IMG/VR virus record: IMGVR_UViG_3300010965_000001
Span: 96,001-160,000 of that record
Direction: 5' to 3' (one strand)
Length of the DNA: 64,000 nt
Origin: a virus
Taxonomy: Duplodnaviria; Caudoviricetes
In this document: piece after piece, positions 46,747 through 55,941 of the stretch
Layout of the letters: every line of letters begins with the position of its first letter
Numbering within the stretch: the stretch's first letter is position 1
Program-made: the position numbers and the translations under genes
Notes under the pieces: model-generated
Database searches by the model: none
Told to the model about the DNA's origin: nothing
What the model saw: only the letters and a program-made list of their open reading frames with translations

Positions 46747-47666
46747 TCAAATAACCTTGTATAAATGAGAGATTTAAAATTGAATTTTGGTGTCTCCTTT
46801 AAGAGATTTACCATACCTCTGAATCCAATTTCGGATGGGTCTTTCTGTTCCAATCTGACAAGATAAACATTCGTGTCAGGATTTATGGACAACAGTTCTT
46901 CTGCGATTTTAACCGCATCAGTACGTGCATCATTGTCAAGACATACATAAATATCTTTGACTTTCTTGATTTCCAATCGATTTTTCAATTGTGGTTGAAC
47001 AAATTTTCCGAGTAACGGTATGGCGTTTCGTTTAATTGCCATTGCATCAAACACACCTTCACATAGTACGATTGGCTGGTCATAACTGATTAAATTCTCA
47101 AATGCTACTATGTCTTTTGATACCTTCGGATTCTTATATTTAAGATTTGAATCGAAGAATGAACGTCCTACGAAGTAGTTCAGTTCACCAAACATATCAT
47201 ATGAAGGGACGATGATTCGTTCACCATATTCACCATCTTCACAGAATCCGATATTATACTTCTTAATATCTTGTGGTGTGAGTCCTCGTTTGCTGAGATA
47301 GACTTTTGCATGTTTATACTCAACACTCTTCCATTCCTGTTGCATTGATTTGAATTCTTTTGGAAGTCGAAGAATGGTTTTTTGTACGTCTGACTTCTGC
47401 GACAGATGTGTGTTGGTGTATTCCTTTATCTTCTCTAACTGTATGTCAGATACATTTGACAGTTCTCTAAAGAGAAAGAAAAAGTTACGTCCACCACGTT
47501 TCGGAGTGCATGTCCAACAATGATAGTTGAACGTCTCTAAATTGATTTCAAGTTTACGTTTATAATGCTTGCAGTGCGGACAGAAGAACGCATAATTGTC
47601 AGGACCAGTTTGTCTGTATTTACCTAACACGTTTTCTGCGATAGTTAGAATCTCAAGTTTTCCCAT
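46743..47666 (-). CDS. DNA primase (Zn finger plus TOPRIM)
   Basis: FCPHC..YHCWTC; RIIVPSYD; VLCEGVFDAM; CLDNDA; KDPSE. Confidence 0.9.
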   Translation of the reverse strand: MGKLEILTIAENVLGKYRQTGPDNYAFFCPHCKHYKRKLEINLETFNYHCWTCTPKRGGRNFFFLFRELSNVSDIQLEKIKEYTNTHLSQKSDVQKTILRLPKEFKSMQQEWKSVEYKHAKVYLSKRGLTPQDIKKYNIGFCEDGEYGERIIVPSYDMFGELNYFVGRSFFDSNLKYKNPKVSKDIVAFENLISYDQPIVLCEGVFDAMAIKRNAIPLLGKFVQPQLKNRLEIKKVKDIYVCLDNDARTDAVKIAEELLSINPDTNVYLVRLEQKDPSEIGFRGMVNLLKETPKFNFKSLIYTRLFE

Positions 47667-47715
47667 AGAACCTTATTTTTAGTGTAATTAAATATACGAA
47701 AAAATAAGGTTAAAA

Positions 47716-48174
47716 TCAAGTTTTTTCTTTAGATAATGTCAAAACGGTCTGTTTTACCTGTTCTAACTGAATTAATAATTTCTGAGCAGACGTTGCGTTG
47801 ATTAAAACGTCTTCTTTAGGATAGATTAACTTAAATAGATTATCGAGGGTCAGAATGACTCTCTCTGGTTCGTTATTTGATTTAAATACGAGAACGGGTA
47901 TGAGAGTGCCCCCCTCAGTATACTCTTCAGACTGTCTAATTGCATCCTTCATCTGAGAACTGACCAATGCTTCCACGTTCTTGCACTCAATACAAAGAGG
48001 GATTATACTTTGTGCCGCTGGAGACAATACAACATCTGCCCCAGCTTGACCCATTGGTTGCGATTTTATATCCTTATCCGAAAGAATCCCATGAAAGGAT
48101 TCTCTAAATTTTAACGTAACCGTTTTCTGCAGCCTCGCACCTTTTGCTTTTCTTGCTCTGGTATTCATAACCAT
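47716..48174 (-). CDS. Holliday junction resolvase-like PD-(D/E)XK nuclease
   Basis: KAKGARLQ..MGQAGADV....IECKNVE...PVLVFK. Confidence 0.7.
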   Translation of the reverse strand: MVMNTRARKAKGARLQKTVTLKFRESFHGILSDKDIKSQPMGQAGADVVLSPAAQSIIPLCIECKNVEALVSSQMKDAIRQSEEYTEGGTLIPVLVFKSNNEPERVILTLDNLFKLIYPKEDVLINATSAQKLLIQLEQVKQTVLTLSKEKT

Positions 48175-48179
48175 TCCTT

Positions 48180-49670
48180 TTACATATCGAAACGTATTTT
48201 AAAATATAAATTTACATCTTTAATTGATTTAATCGGTGCTCTTAGTTTTGCGGTTGCAAGTAAATTATCATCATCGTCATACAATCCAATTCCTGTAATG
48301 TATGGGACGAATACACCCGCGTTGAATGATGAAGTCATGTTATCTGCAAGAATTGACGTGTTGCCTTTACGTAGACTTGGATTCATTGTTAAATTGAATT
48401 CACCGATACCCGCCATAACAGATACTTCATTCTCCGTCAGCTCCGTCACGGAACGATATTGAAGGTTGAATACTCCACCTAACAAATGAGATGGTGTATT
48501 CATAGCAATAATTCCTTTTTCGTAGAATATACTTCCGACTATATTTGTATTGATTGACGATGAATGTAAATTTGTCACTGATATTGGAGTATCATATATT
48601 CTAAGTTCATCGATAGACCCAGATAAATATGTGGTGGTTGATGGTGTTCCTCCGATGAAGAATTTGGAAGCATTCCTTGTTTCATATCGTGACGTATAAT
48701 CAGATACAGAAGAATTTCCGACGCCATCAATATACATCGTTAGAAGTGTTCCATTCTTAACAAATGCGACATGATGATATGCACCATCATTTAAGGTTAC
48801 AGATGATTTAAGAAGAATTGTCTGTAACAAGGTTGAATCCAACGTACCTTGACGAGTTATTAATAATTTTCCTTCATCTACACTTGTTGAGTTATAAATA
48901 CGAACTTCAAATGGATACACATCTTTGGTGGTATCTCTTGTTGTTAAAATAATGTTTGTAGTTTCTGTAAGTATCGACTGTGTAGGTGGAACGTTTAACC
49001 AAAAACCAATCGTAAAATTGGATGTATTGAAATCGTTAAAATCTTTGTCAGGGATGCTCGCATAACTGTTTCCATGCAAATCATACTTATACCCACTTCC
49101 ACCAACACCAACAGAAAATTTTGGATTTACTGTGTCAAGAGTATTTAAGTGAACTGAGTTATCTCTCAATATATGCGTAGTCTTATATGGAAATTGTTTG
49201 GTAACATACCCATCATCAAATGAGAACCATGCTTTTAAGTTAGTAGTTGGAACAAGACTTGATGTTACTACAGTTGTGTCAATTAGGTTTCCAAATCCGT
49301 CATCTACAATCTGAGTTCCATCGTTAATTACTACACTACCCTGTAAAATTCGTTTGCCAAACTTACGAAGTGGTATAGAGATTAAACTAGCACTCTCTTG
49401 TAATATGTGATTATTTTGTGCATAATATTTTGACTTGTAACTGAAAAATCCTGGATTATTATACACCGAATAGAAGTTGTGTTTTAAGAAATTAAAGTTG
49501 TATGAATGAGAGTTTTCTGTATCTGGAATAGAATCTGATGCAGGTGCAATACTATTCTGTATTGTTATTCCGTCAGCGGCAATCGTAGAATCGGTATAAG
49601 TAAATAACTTATACAAATCATGCGTTGAGACAGTGTGATATTCGACTTTTTTCTTGATAAACATGGGCAT
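48180..49670 (-). CDS. Baseplate/tail structural protein with an inserted LamG (concanavalin-like) domain
   Basis: FTIGFWLN, YHHVAFVK..MYIDG, FFIGG, SGSIDELRIY; the C-terminus YITGIGLYDDDDNLLATAKL..RFDM is shared with the next ORF. Confidence 0.65.
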   Translation of the reverse strand: MPMFIKKKVEYHTVSTHDLYKLFTYTDSTIAADGITIQNSIAPASDSIPDTENSHSYNFNFLKHNFYSVYNNPGFFSYKSKYYAQNNHILQESASLISIPLRKFGKRILQGSVVINDGTQIVDDGFGNLIDTTVVTSSLVPTTNLKAWFSFDDGYVTKQFPYKTTHILRDNSVHLNTLDTVNPKFSVGVGGSGYKYDLHGNSYASIPDKDFNDFNTSNFTIGFWLNVPPTQSILTETTNIILTTRDTTKDVYPFEVRIYNSTSVDEGKLLITRQGTLDSTLLQTILLKSSVTLNDGAYHHVAFVKNGTLLTMYIDGVGNSSVSDYTSRYETRNASKFFIGGTPSTTTYLSGSIDELRIYDTPISVTNLHSSSINTNIVGSIFYEKGIIAMNTPSHLLGGVFNLQYRSVTELTENEVSVMAGIGEFNLTMNPSLRKGNTSILADNMTSSFNAGVFVPYITGIGLYDDDDNLLATAKLRAPIKSIKDVNLYFKIRFDM

Positions 49671-49718
49671 CCTCTATTATTATGTAACTATAAATATCAA
49701 CGTAATAGATTTAATGGC

Positions 49719-49748
49719 AAAAAAATTCCCACCGAAAAGTGGGAATTT
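49719..49748 (-). terminator. Rho-independent terminator
   Basis: AAATTCCCAC / GTGGGAATTT stem with a 6-nt loop and a T-tract on the minus strand. Confidence 0.8.
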
Positions 49749-49758
49749 ATTGGTTTTA

Positions 49759-50772
49759 TTAGAAATCCAATCGTATCTTTACAAGTGCCTCAGTGCCTGG
49801 TTCCTTGAAGAGTGGTTTGCTTAACTTTGCGGTTGCAAGTAAGTTACCAGCGTCATCATACAAACCAATTCCTGTCACATACGTGAATGGAACTCCACGT
49901 TTTGTGATTGTGTCAATGATACGTCCAACTGAACCAGAAACATACGTTGGATTGTTGCTTAAGTTGTATTCTTTGCTCTTCATACGAATGAAGTAGTATT
50001 GTGAATTCAGCGTCTCTTCATTACGTGCCTTGAATGATGCACCAGTTTTAATTAAGTTGTGCATACGTTCGTTGTTGTTTGGAACTGGAGTTGTAATACT
50101 TGCACTTAAATATGATGAGTTTGCAAGAGACATACTAACATTGATTGCATCTGCATTTAAAATCATCAATCCCAATTCCTGATATAACAAACCGTACACT
50201 CCCCGACTACCACTTGGACCTGTTGCGATTGTTCCTTCAACGATATTGTAATACTTCTTGCCAGATGGTGAAACACCAGAAACCTGACCAGTTCCAAGAC
50301 TTTGAAGACTGTCGTCAGTTAATGTAACGGTACGTGTACCATTAGATAACTTAAGTTCCCAATTGCCTGGGTCAATATTTTCTTTGAAGCGTGAACGTTT
50401 GAGATTCAACACAACAATGCTGTCCGAATCTACACCACCAGCGAATGTAAAACGTGTATCACCTGGTTCCAAGAGTAAGTTTCTATATTGTGAATAGATT
50501 GCCTTTGTCGGTTTTGAGTCATTTGTGTTTGCTGACCCCGACCCAAGTGCATTTCCATACGATATAGAAAATTGTACTTCAGAAGTTGCATCTGTAGTTA
50601 CTGCATTGTATGCGCTGATTACATACTCACCATTTGTGGTAACTTGTGTTGATGATGTAAATATCGTCGTGATTTCACCGACTCCATTAGTAAATAATCC
50701 TGCCGCAATTTTTGCACTACGTTCTCCAGTATCATCCCCCGAAATGAGTGGTGTATAAATTTTATAAGCCAT
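49759..50772 (-). CDS. Baseplate structural protein
   Basis: AIYSQYRNLLL, IDPGNWELKL, EYNLSNNPTY, YVTGIGLYDDAGNLLATAKLSKPL; lies in the baseplate cluster. Confidence 0.6.
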   Translation of the reverse strand: MAYKIYTPLISGDDTGERSAKIAAGLFTNGVGEITTIFTSSTQVTTNGEYVISAYNAVTTDATSEVQFSISYGNALGSGSANTNDSKPTKAIYSQYRNLLLEPGDTRFTFAGGVDSDSIVVLNLKRSRFKENIDPGNWELKLSNGTRTVTLTDDSLQSLGTGQVSGVSPSGKKYYNIVEGTIATGPSGSRGVYGLLYQELGLMILNADAINVSMSLANSSYLSASITTPVPNNNERMHNLIKTGASFKARNEETLNSQYYFIRMKSKEYNLSNNPTYVSGSVGRIIDTITKRGVPFTYVTGIGLYDDAGNLLATAKLSKPLFKEPGTEALVKIRLDF

Positions 50773-50800
50773 TTGTTTTCTCCATTATATAATATTAAAA

Positions 50801-51511
50801 TTATGATGCGATGTATACTGTTCCTGCTATCGTAAGTAAAAATCCGAAAGTTGCACCACTCTGATTTCCAACTACCGTGATAGGAAGAATCACACTTGCG
50901 TCAACGGTTGCAACATTACTTGTAATCTGCAATGCCGTTCCTTGACGAACAATACTTGAAAAATCACCAGATGGGTCATAAGGATTTCCTGTACTGAATT
51001 GCGACATGTCAGTAATCATACCCTTTGATTCGTTGATAATATCTGCCGATGATTTGTTAATAATAAATGTGTACGATGTGTCAAGTGTCTGTGTTACATT
51101 ACCCTTAATCTTTGTTGCTGGGTAGAATGTAACTGACGCTGGTTGGTCACTATTCTGTGCTAAAGTAATTGAACTGCCGTAAGGAACCGTTCCGTTAAGA
51201 CTATTAACTGTAAGATACGGAATGTTCACTGTAGTTGCCGTTGTAAGGGCTGTATCATCACTGATAAGTTTGAATCTCATTGCCTGTGTTTCATCGACAA
51301 GAGCCTCAAGAACAGGCATGTTTTCAATTACTTTACCATAGTAATCACTACCACTTGGATGAAGGGGATTCCACAATGAATAATCGATTTCATCATCTGA
51401 GAGTGCAAACCGCGTAATCTTGAATGCCACTCCATTTTTTGATAAAATTTCTCTACCTTTTTTGGTCAATACCGCGTCTACAGTAATTGATGAATTATCT
51501 AAATATGCCAT
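50801..51511 (-). CDS. Baseplate structural protein
   Basis: MAYLDNSSITVDAVLTKKGRE..FKITRFALSDDEIDY..IENMPVLEA; TATTTATA at 51545-51552. Confidence 0.6.
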   Translation of the reverse strand: MAYLDNSSITVDAVLTKKGREILSKNGVAFKITRFALSDDEIDYSLWNPLHPSGSDYYGKVIENMPVLEALVDETQAMRFKLISDDTALTTATTVNIPYLTVNSLNGTVPYGSSITLAQNSDQPASVTFYPATKIKGNVTQTLDTSYTFIINKSSADIINESKGMITDMSQFSTGNPYDPSGDFSSIVRQGTALQITSNVATVDASVILPITVVGNQSGATFGFLLTIAGTVYIAS

Positions 51512-51580
51512 TTGAATCTCCTTGTTGTGATACTTGTTATTTTATATAAATATAAGAAAAAAATAAATTATACACGTTTT

Positions 51581-54500
51581 TTACAAATCTAAGTCAACAC
51601 CATCAACTTTAAGACGTGGTTTATCAATATCTTGCGTATTTACTGTTGCAATATTTGGTGAAATGAACGTTACTTCTATTACTTGGTCACCATTCAATGT
51701 AGTTGCACCATTTGGATTTTCTGGTCCTTGGGTGGTTGTTCCATTGTAATACGCCATTTGACCTGCGCTTCTATAAATATAATGTTTAATGTGATTAGGT
51801 TCGTAATGTATGCTTGCAGTCAAGATTTGTCCTGTACTTGACGTAATATACAACGGTTCCATTGCCGAATTTCGTTTGATGTACCATCCGATACTTCCCG
51901 TATATTCTCTTGTTTCTTTGAAATCACTAATTGGCAATATAATTGACATTGTACCATATTCATACAACGGTGCCGTAGTTGCAAAAGTCGTGTAAAATGA
52001 CACCGTATCCAAATTTGCATTACTTGAGGTAGCCTGTTGAACGATTCTTGGTTTGATTCCTTGTTCAAGGAATCTGTGTGATGCAATACCTTCACCTTTA
52101 AATTCGTTATCACCAAATATTATATTATCGGTAACATTGACAAATGTCGTATAGTCGGTAAAACTTCCGATTGGGTCGGAAGGCATAACGTCAATCAGTG
52201 AAGTAAATAATATATACTCTGATTTAAGTGTATCTGGTGCTACATTCACACTTGATGTAAAGTAAATGTATTCTGGATAGAGTGTTGGAACCATACCTAC
52301 AATAGATGAGGTATATGTCACATTCTCAATCTTTACAGACTTCACCATTACAATATTTGTTCTCTCTAAGATGTTTGGTTCAATAGAGATTCCAGCGTTT
52401 AGTATCGTTCGTTCAGAATTAAACTGATGTATATTTCTAAACAATGTTTTTGATAATTGATATGCATTATCTACATAATTTTGAAGTGGAACTGCTGGAT
52501 TGTATGTTCTGTAATACTTGTAAATATTCTCCAAGTCAGTGTATGCCCCAACCTCATCAATCATAAATTTAGGGTCTGCAATATAATCCGTCACGTCAGG
52601 ATTTAAGAACATTATGATTTGTTTGTTCTCTATATTGGTTGGTGAAAAGATGAAATCTGCTTTGTTTAAATCTTTTCCATACTTTGTAAGTGAACTTGGT
52701 TCGATGCTTTCATGCCGTGATAAGTACACCTTACCATCGGAATGTGTTACGTAGTTATTTGCAATTCTAATTTTGTTAGATGTTGGTCTACCACTAAATG
52801 CGGTTGTATTGAGTCTAACAATATTTTTCTCATATCGCTGTTCAAATGTGTTACCAACAAATCCACTCGCAGTTCCATGATTTTTACCAAACGATGATAC
52901 GTTAGCATCATAAATTGAACTTGTCAATGCTAAATTCTTATTTTCATCAAACCGAATATGCGTCACCAATGATTGTGCTGACGATGTAACATCATTTCCA
53001 ATTAAGTAGATTTGTGATAATGAATGTCGTTGGAAAATATCATCACGTAAAACTTCCGTAAATAATTTAAGGTCTGTTACATTACCAACCAATGAGCCAG
53101 AACCAACATTTAATATAGATGAGGATATATATGCACCGTTAATTAACGATGAACTCGTTATCAATGATGCACTTACATAAAAGTTAATAGTATCTGAGTT
53201 GATAGTATTGGTCTTCAATGTATACGTCTGCGATGCAGTTGGATTGCTTGTTGATATGGAACGTTGGAACATTACATTCCAAAATGCACCGTTGAATACA
53301 GGAATCTCTTCTGTAGATACAGTATTTCCGTTGATGGTAAACTGTAGCATTCCAGTAGTAGACTTCCAACCAGTCTTTACCGCCTTAATTGCAAACCCAT
53401 CCGTAGTAAGTAGTGATTGTGTTACAGGAAGACCGTTATTTAATTTAAACTTAAATACAATTGAATCTGGTGTCTTTGAATTATAGGTCTTCCATAACAA
53501 GTTTACATTCTGACTTCCATCGAAACGAAGTGAGTATACCAAATTTGTGTAATCTACTGCTGTCTCAGGAACTACAGTCACGTCCATCTGTCGTGCTGTT
53601 ACGTCTGGTCCACCATATTCACGAATTTCATAATAATCTCTGTCGATGCCGAGCATATTTGCAAATGCGTGAAGTAATTGATAACTTCCCTTTGATTTTA
53701 AGAAGAATACAATGTTACTGAAAAATCGTTTTAATAATACGTTCTTCTTAACGGCGGTTGGAAGGGTACGAATAGACGTATCATCACCTGCATTGTTAAG
53801 AAGGAATGTACCCAAATCATCCGTATCAATATCTGTGATAAGTTCACTACCAAACTGTTCTATAAATTTTGTAATAAGACCATTGGATATTCCTGTATTT
53901 TCTTTTAATCCATGAATATCCTTGCTCGTAATATGTTGAATATACAAATGAAGTTCATCAAAATATTCTGCAACCATATTAATAAACACCATGTAGTCCG
54001 TATTTTGTTCATCCTCTTGAATGAATGTAGGGACAGTGTTTGTTAACAGTGATATGTTTTGACGGTCGTATAGACTTGCAGATGCATACTGTCCATCATA
54101 CCAATCCTGTGCAGTTGAAGATGACACAGAATACAATATATATGGTTTTGCAGAAGTTAACTTTGGCCACGAAGAATTGAACGTTTCACCTAAACTACTT
54201 GACACATATGATGAACTTTCATAATACAAATATTTTTCATATGGAGTGAATGTAGAAATAACATCACTTATCAATTGATTTGTCTTCGTCAATGATTGTG
54301 ATACTGCGACTGTTGGGTTACCACTAATTATTAACAAACCAATTGAACTTGAATATTGTGCGGCATCCGCTGAATAATTTTGAATGTTTGTTAATTTATT
54401 CTTAAAGTTTTCAAGACGTTTTACCGCCGATGAATAATATACAAAATTGTTATAATCGAAGTATTCAACATTAAGAGAATCAATACTTGATGAAAAGTTA

Positions 54501-55372
54501 GAAAGAATTTCTGACGTGTTGGTCATACCTGTTAAGGTATCAAGACTCTTATATAAGTTATCGTCCGATAATTTAGAATGTGCGACTTTAATCGTGAAAT
54601 TTGGTTTCAACTTTATCGAATTGTCAAGTTCCGTTGATTTCTCACCAAAAATTTCTGTAGAAAATATGTTACTGTTTATCTTCTTTGAACAAATATAGCA
54701 AAACTGTTTAACATCAACAATTGTTGGTAATGAGTCATAGAATCGTGCAATAAGTGAATCCGAAGATTCTACTAAAATATTGGTCACGGTGAATAGATTG
54801 TCATTTCCAAAGTTTACAAACACGTTCTGACCAAATGACAAATCTGTACTGCTCTGCTTTCCACTTGTTAGTATAGAGTTAGTAGACAGTGATGGCATAT
54901 TTTTGAAATTGACTTTGCCATCATTTAACGTGTATTTGATTCGTGCTTCATTCCGTGAAGGAGATATATCAAAGGTAATAAGTTCATTGTATGCGTCAGT
55001 AGATACTTCCGCTTTTATGAAGTTAAATGTTAACTTAACTTTACCTGAGAAGAATGGCTGAAAGTCTGCGAAGAACTTTTCTGAGTTAAATGACAATGCT
55101 CCACCTCTATCAGTGGAAAAATAGTCATACATTGCATGTCCGCGGCTCTCAACGTATTTCCTTAGATTTGGAAAAGAGAATAACTGCGTAAAGGTTTCAT
55201 CGTCAGCATATACATGTAATTCAACGATGTCGTTATTGACATCACCAATATTCTTAGAATCCTTCGTTATCTGTAATAATTTTACATCAGTCGCAGATAT
55301 AGTTTCCGCTTCAATCACAGGAACAAGTGACGTTTTTATTTCATCTATATTTTTATAATCAAGTATTGACAT
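51581..55372 (-). CDS. Large baseplate wedge-like protein with a central LamG-like domain
   Basis: FVYYSSAVKRLENF, PTFIQED..FINMVAEYFD, LKSKGS..IREYGG; central beta sandwich (YSLRFDG, FWNVMFQR, DLKLFTEVL); lies downstream of the gp6-like gene. Confidence 0.55.
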   Translation of the reverse strand: MSILDYKNIDEIKTSLVPVIEAETISATDVKLLQITKDSKNIGDVNNDIVELHVYADDETFTQLFSFPNLRKYVESRGHAMYDYFSTDRGGALSFNSEKFFADFQPFFSGKVKLTFNFIKAEVSTDAYNELITFDISPSRNEARIKYTLNDGKVNFKNMPSLSTNSILTSGKQSSTDLSFGQNVFVNFGNDNLFTVTNILVESSDSLIARFYDSLPTIVDVKQFCYICSKKINSNIFSTEIFGEKSTELDNSIKLKPNFTIKVAHSKLSDDNLYKSLDTLTGMTNTSEILSNFSSSIDSLNVEYFDYNNFVYYSSAVKRLENFKNKLTNIQNYSADAAQYSSSIGLLIISGNPTVAVSQSLTKTNQLISDVISTFTPYEKYLYYESSSYVSSSLGETFNSSWPKLTSAKPYILYSVSSSTAQDWYDGQYASASLYDRQNISLLTNTVPTFIQEDEQNTDYMVFINMVAEYFDELHLYIQHITSKDIHGLKENTGISNGLITKFIEQFGSELITDIDTDDLGTFLLNNAGDDTSIRTLPTAVKKNVLLKRFFSNIVFFLKSKGSYQLLHAFANMLGIDRDYYEIREYGGPDVTARQMDVTVVPETAVDYTNLVYSLRFDGSQNVNLLWKTYNSKTPDSIVFKFKLNNGLPVTQSLLTTDGFAIKAVKTGWKSTTGMLQFTINGNTVSTEEIPVFNGAFWNVMFQRSISTSNPTASQTYTLKTNTINSDTINFYVSASLITSSSLINGAYISSSILNVGSGSLVGNVTDLKLFTEVLRDDIFQRHSLSQIYLIGNDVTSSAQSLVTHIRFDENKNLALTSSIYDANVSSFGKNHGTASGFVGNTFEQRYEKNIVRLNTTAFSGRPTSNKIRIANNYVTHSDGKVYLSRHESIEPSSLTKYGKDLNKADFIFSPTNIENKQIIMFLNPDVTDYIADPKFMIDEVGAYTDLENIYKYYRTYNPAVPLQNYVDNAYQLSKTLFRNIHQFNSERTILNAGISIEPNILERTNIVMVKSVKIENVTYTSSIVGMVPTLYPEYIYFTSSVNVAPDTLKSEYILFTSLIDVMPSDPIGSFTDYTTFVNVTDNIIFGDNEFKGEGIASHRFLEQGIKPRIVQQATSSNANLDTVSFYTTFATTAPLYEYGTMSIILPISDFKETREYTGSIGWYIKRNSAMEPLYITSSTGQILTASIHYEPNHIKHYIYRSAGQMAYYNGTTTQGPENPNGATTLNGDQVIEVTFISPNIATVNTQDIDKPRLKVDGVDLDL

Positions 55373-55377
55373 AATTT

Positions 55378-55941
55378 TTATATTGGTAATACTAATCCAG
55401 GTCCTACAGGTGTGACCACTGGTTGTGCTAATAAATATTGAACTTGTGCCGCTGAGGCAATTCCATTTTGAACTTTATTTGCAATTTCTATGATACACGC
55501 GTCACCTTGTGACAACTTAATAAACTCATTTTGAATTGTTTGTGCCGCGTAATTCTGTGCGGCTAAAATCAATCCTCTACCAAATGCACCAAAAAGTGCG
55601 GCTACTGCAGGTGCAGGAATATCAAATGCTTTCAAGAATGACAAGTCAGGGACTTGTGGTAACTGTGGAGCACCTGGAATTTGTGGTAAATTATTGTTAT
55701 TTTGATTCAATACAGGGCATCTATTTGTCTTTAACCGTGCATTAACACTTGCCGCGTTCTTTAATCCATCTAAAGGGTCACCATCCCCATTCAACACATC
55801 GTCAAATGATATTGGAAGTAACGTATCAAGTGGATTTTCGGGGGCAACGTAACTTGCACTTGCCTGTAAATAAGTATCAAATGTCGATAAAAGATTTCCA
55901 GTATTAGTGGAAGGATATATACAATATGTTGTTAGTGTCAT
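55378..55941 (-). CDS. Hypothetical protein
   Basis: 187 aa, coupled to the upstream gene by a TAATG overlap at 55941; QIPGAPQLPQVP repeat. Confidence 0.55.
   Translation of the reverse strand: MTLTTYCIYPSTNTGNLLSTFDTYLQASASYVAPENPLDTLLPISFDDVLNGDGDPLDGLKNAASVNARLKTNRCPVLNQNNNNLPQIPGAPQLPQVPDLSFLKAFDIPAPAVAALFGAFGRGLILAAQNYAAQTIQNEFIKLSQGDACIIEIANKVQNGIASAAQVQYLLAQPVVTPVGPGLVLPI

Noticed and set aside
47687-47694. TATTTAAT upstream of the primase as another late promoter
   Set aside because: It has two mismatches in very AT-rich sequence, which is too weak to count.
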